A stretch of DNA of 62,922 nt, the filler included, from Stramenopiles sp. TOSAG23-3 (Eukaryota), in the NCBI GenBank assembly GCA_900128585.1. It is 55 parts of 55 records of this genome, joined end to end, with 100 filler letters (N's around TTAATTAATTAA, not from the genome) between each part and the next. Parts side by side here need not be neighbours in the genome. Positions count along the whole stretch, not along the records: positions 60,753 to 61,787 come from LT646653.1; positions 61,888 to 62,922 come from LT646654.1; 53 more parts are not named here. One strand, 5' to 3'. Shown piece by piece: positions 61,529 to 62,922 of the stretch. A model generated the notes under the pieces. That model did no database searches, was not told where the DNA came from, and was given only the letters and a program-made list of their open reading frames with translations. Both the position numbers and the translations under genes were made by a program. How positions within the stretch are numbered: position 1 is the first letter of the stretch; every line of letters starts with the position of its first letter.

Positions 61529-61787
61529 ATGGCAGGGAGCGCTTCGTACCCTCTGCAATTTTCCGTGTTCCCAAAGGAACTTGCCTTTGCCTTGGCACTA
61601 GGCTCATCGGACAGTCAAACTGTTACCCTAGAAAACAAGTCCGATGAGGCTGCAGTCGCATTCAAGCTCCAAAGCAATTCCCCCAGCCGTTACGGTGTGC
61701 GGCCTGCAAACGGGATTATTCCACCGCTGTCGAAAGTTGAGGTTACTGTTCGCTTGAAGGCGCTCGAGACTTTGGACGTAGGCAACG
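61529..61787 (+). CDS. MSP-domain (VAP-like) protein N-terminus
   Basis: PKELAF, LENKSD..VAFKLQSNSPSRYGVRPANGIIPP. Confidence 0.85.
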
Positions 61788-61887
61788 NNNNNNNNNNNNN
61801 NNNNNNNNNNNNNNNNNNNNNNNNNNNNNNNTTAATTAATTAANNNNNNNNNNNNNNNNNNNNNNNNNNNNNNNNNNNNNNNNNNNN

Positions 61888-62120
61888 TTCGATGCATCCA
61901 ACTCGCTAACCATTCTGCTGATTTGAGATCTAAACTCTGTTCCTTCCCTTCTCTTGGCAGGAGAGGCTGCCCCTTTTTTTGGCTGTCCAGCCTCGCCGGC
62001 TCTCTTCCTCCTTCTTCGTCCGGACCGCTTGACCCCGGAGTTGTCCGCTTGCAAATCCCGCGCTGCGTTCAATAGTTCTCTTTTGTTTGATTTGCTGGAG
62101 CCTGTGCTCTTTTCCTGCAT
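61888..62120 (-). CDS. Basic hypothetical protein N-terminus
   Basis: ORF running to the contig edge; NLS-like RRRRKR. Confidence 0.4.
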
Positions 62121-62922
62121 CTTGGATACAACTTTGCCGTCCGATGAGTGCAGCTTGAGTTTGACGCGGCCTGGTTTTTGTTGGCCTAGGGGGAGAAATT
62201 ATGGGAAAGTACCAATCGAAAGCATCCAAGAGTGGCAAGAAAGTGGAAGATCGCAAATCGCCATGAGGCCCGTCCAGGGATTTGTTCAATGAAGGCCCCA
62301 GCGACTCTTTTGTTAATGTGTTATTTCGGACAGTTTTTTATTATTATTTTTTAGTAGTCCGTTGATAGGCGTCACACATATTATTTCCCATTAAATACAG
62401 GTACACACAAGAAGGAATAGTAAGGACTACGAGACCGTATTATACGTACGTACTCATATTATACGAGGACGACAACCAAACAACTCAACAACTCGGAGGG
62501 AAATAATATAAGTCGTCTAAAATACGAGGTAATGGAAATAATCATAATAATGTCCTCGTATTTTATCCTCGTACAATATTAATAAAATATCTTATCTTCA
62601 ATCATCATTTGGGAGCATTTGATCGACTAATGTGATAAGATAATAGTATAAAGACTTCGTTGTTATCAAAGATATTTGTCATCAAGAAAGACGACTACGA
62701 GGTACAGTACCACAGTATTATTTGCCGTGCATTTTTGGATCGTTTCTTCTCCTCCGCTTTATCTATAACGATGCTGTCCCATGTATAAGTAACTGTAACT
62801 TTTTATTTTTCTCTAATCTTCTTCTTCTTCTTCTTCTCGAGAGATATTATACGTACCAAATATAACAAATGTAATATTACATACATATTATACCGTAGTG
62901 TCTAGTATCCATGTAAGCAATG

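Noticed and set aside
1057-61887. Regularly spaced TTAATTAATTAA 'repeat' resembling an array
   Set aside because: Artificial concatenation linker inside N runs; ORFs ending in X...LIN are artefacts of it.
1-62922. Gene neighbourhoods or operon-like systems across the window
   Set aside because: Contigs are ordered by length, so adjacency across spacers carries no information.
1-62922. rRNA, tRNA or alternative genetic code
   Set aside because: No RNA gene recognised by eye; TAA, TAG and TGA all terminate recognisable genes.

Overview
This window is not a contiguous locus. It is 55 unrelated short contigs (1056 down to 1035 bp, sorted by length) joined by an artificial 100-bp spacer (N44-TTAATTAATTAA-N44, stops in all six frames), so adjacency across spacers is meaningless and most genes are partial. 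The content is eukaryotic and intron-poor, with AT-rich intergenic DNA and GAA/GAAA microsatellites. The gene set (CDPK, dynein heavy-chain stalk, SHIPPO repeats, oomycete-type giant repeat protein, TM-LRR family, 'YKDEGG' Ig-fold protein) suggests a flagellated heterotrophic stramenopile SAG/MAG; this is inference. Main observations: (1) a dispersed 24-bp motif AAAACAAGAAAATTGGCTGTTATT, extendable to about 60 bp, present 7 times plus 1 degenerate copy on 7 contigs, always 20-300 bp downstream of a stop codon and always in that gene's sense orientation; (2) a DIRS-like retrotransposon fragment with overlapping reading frames; (3) a contig that closes on itself as a stop-free 966-bp (322-codon) Cys-rich repeat unit; (4) two paralogs of a multi-TM/Cys-cap/LRR family; (5) an in-frame TGA in an HTTM-like gene; (6) three contig-end inversions that look like amplification or assembly chimeras. 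All protein calls come from motif recognition by eye, with no database searches.
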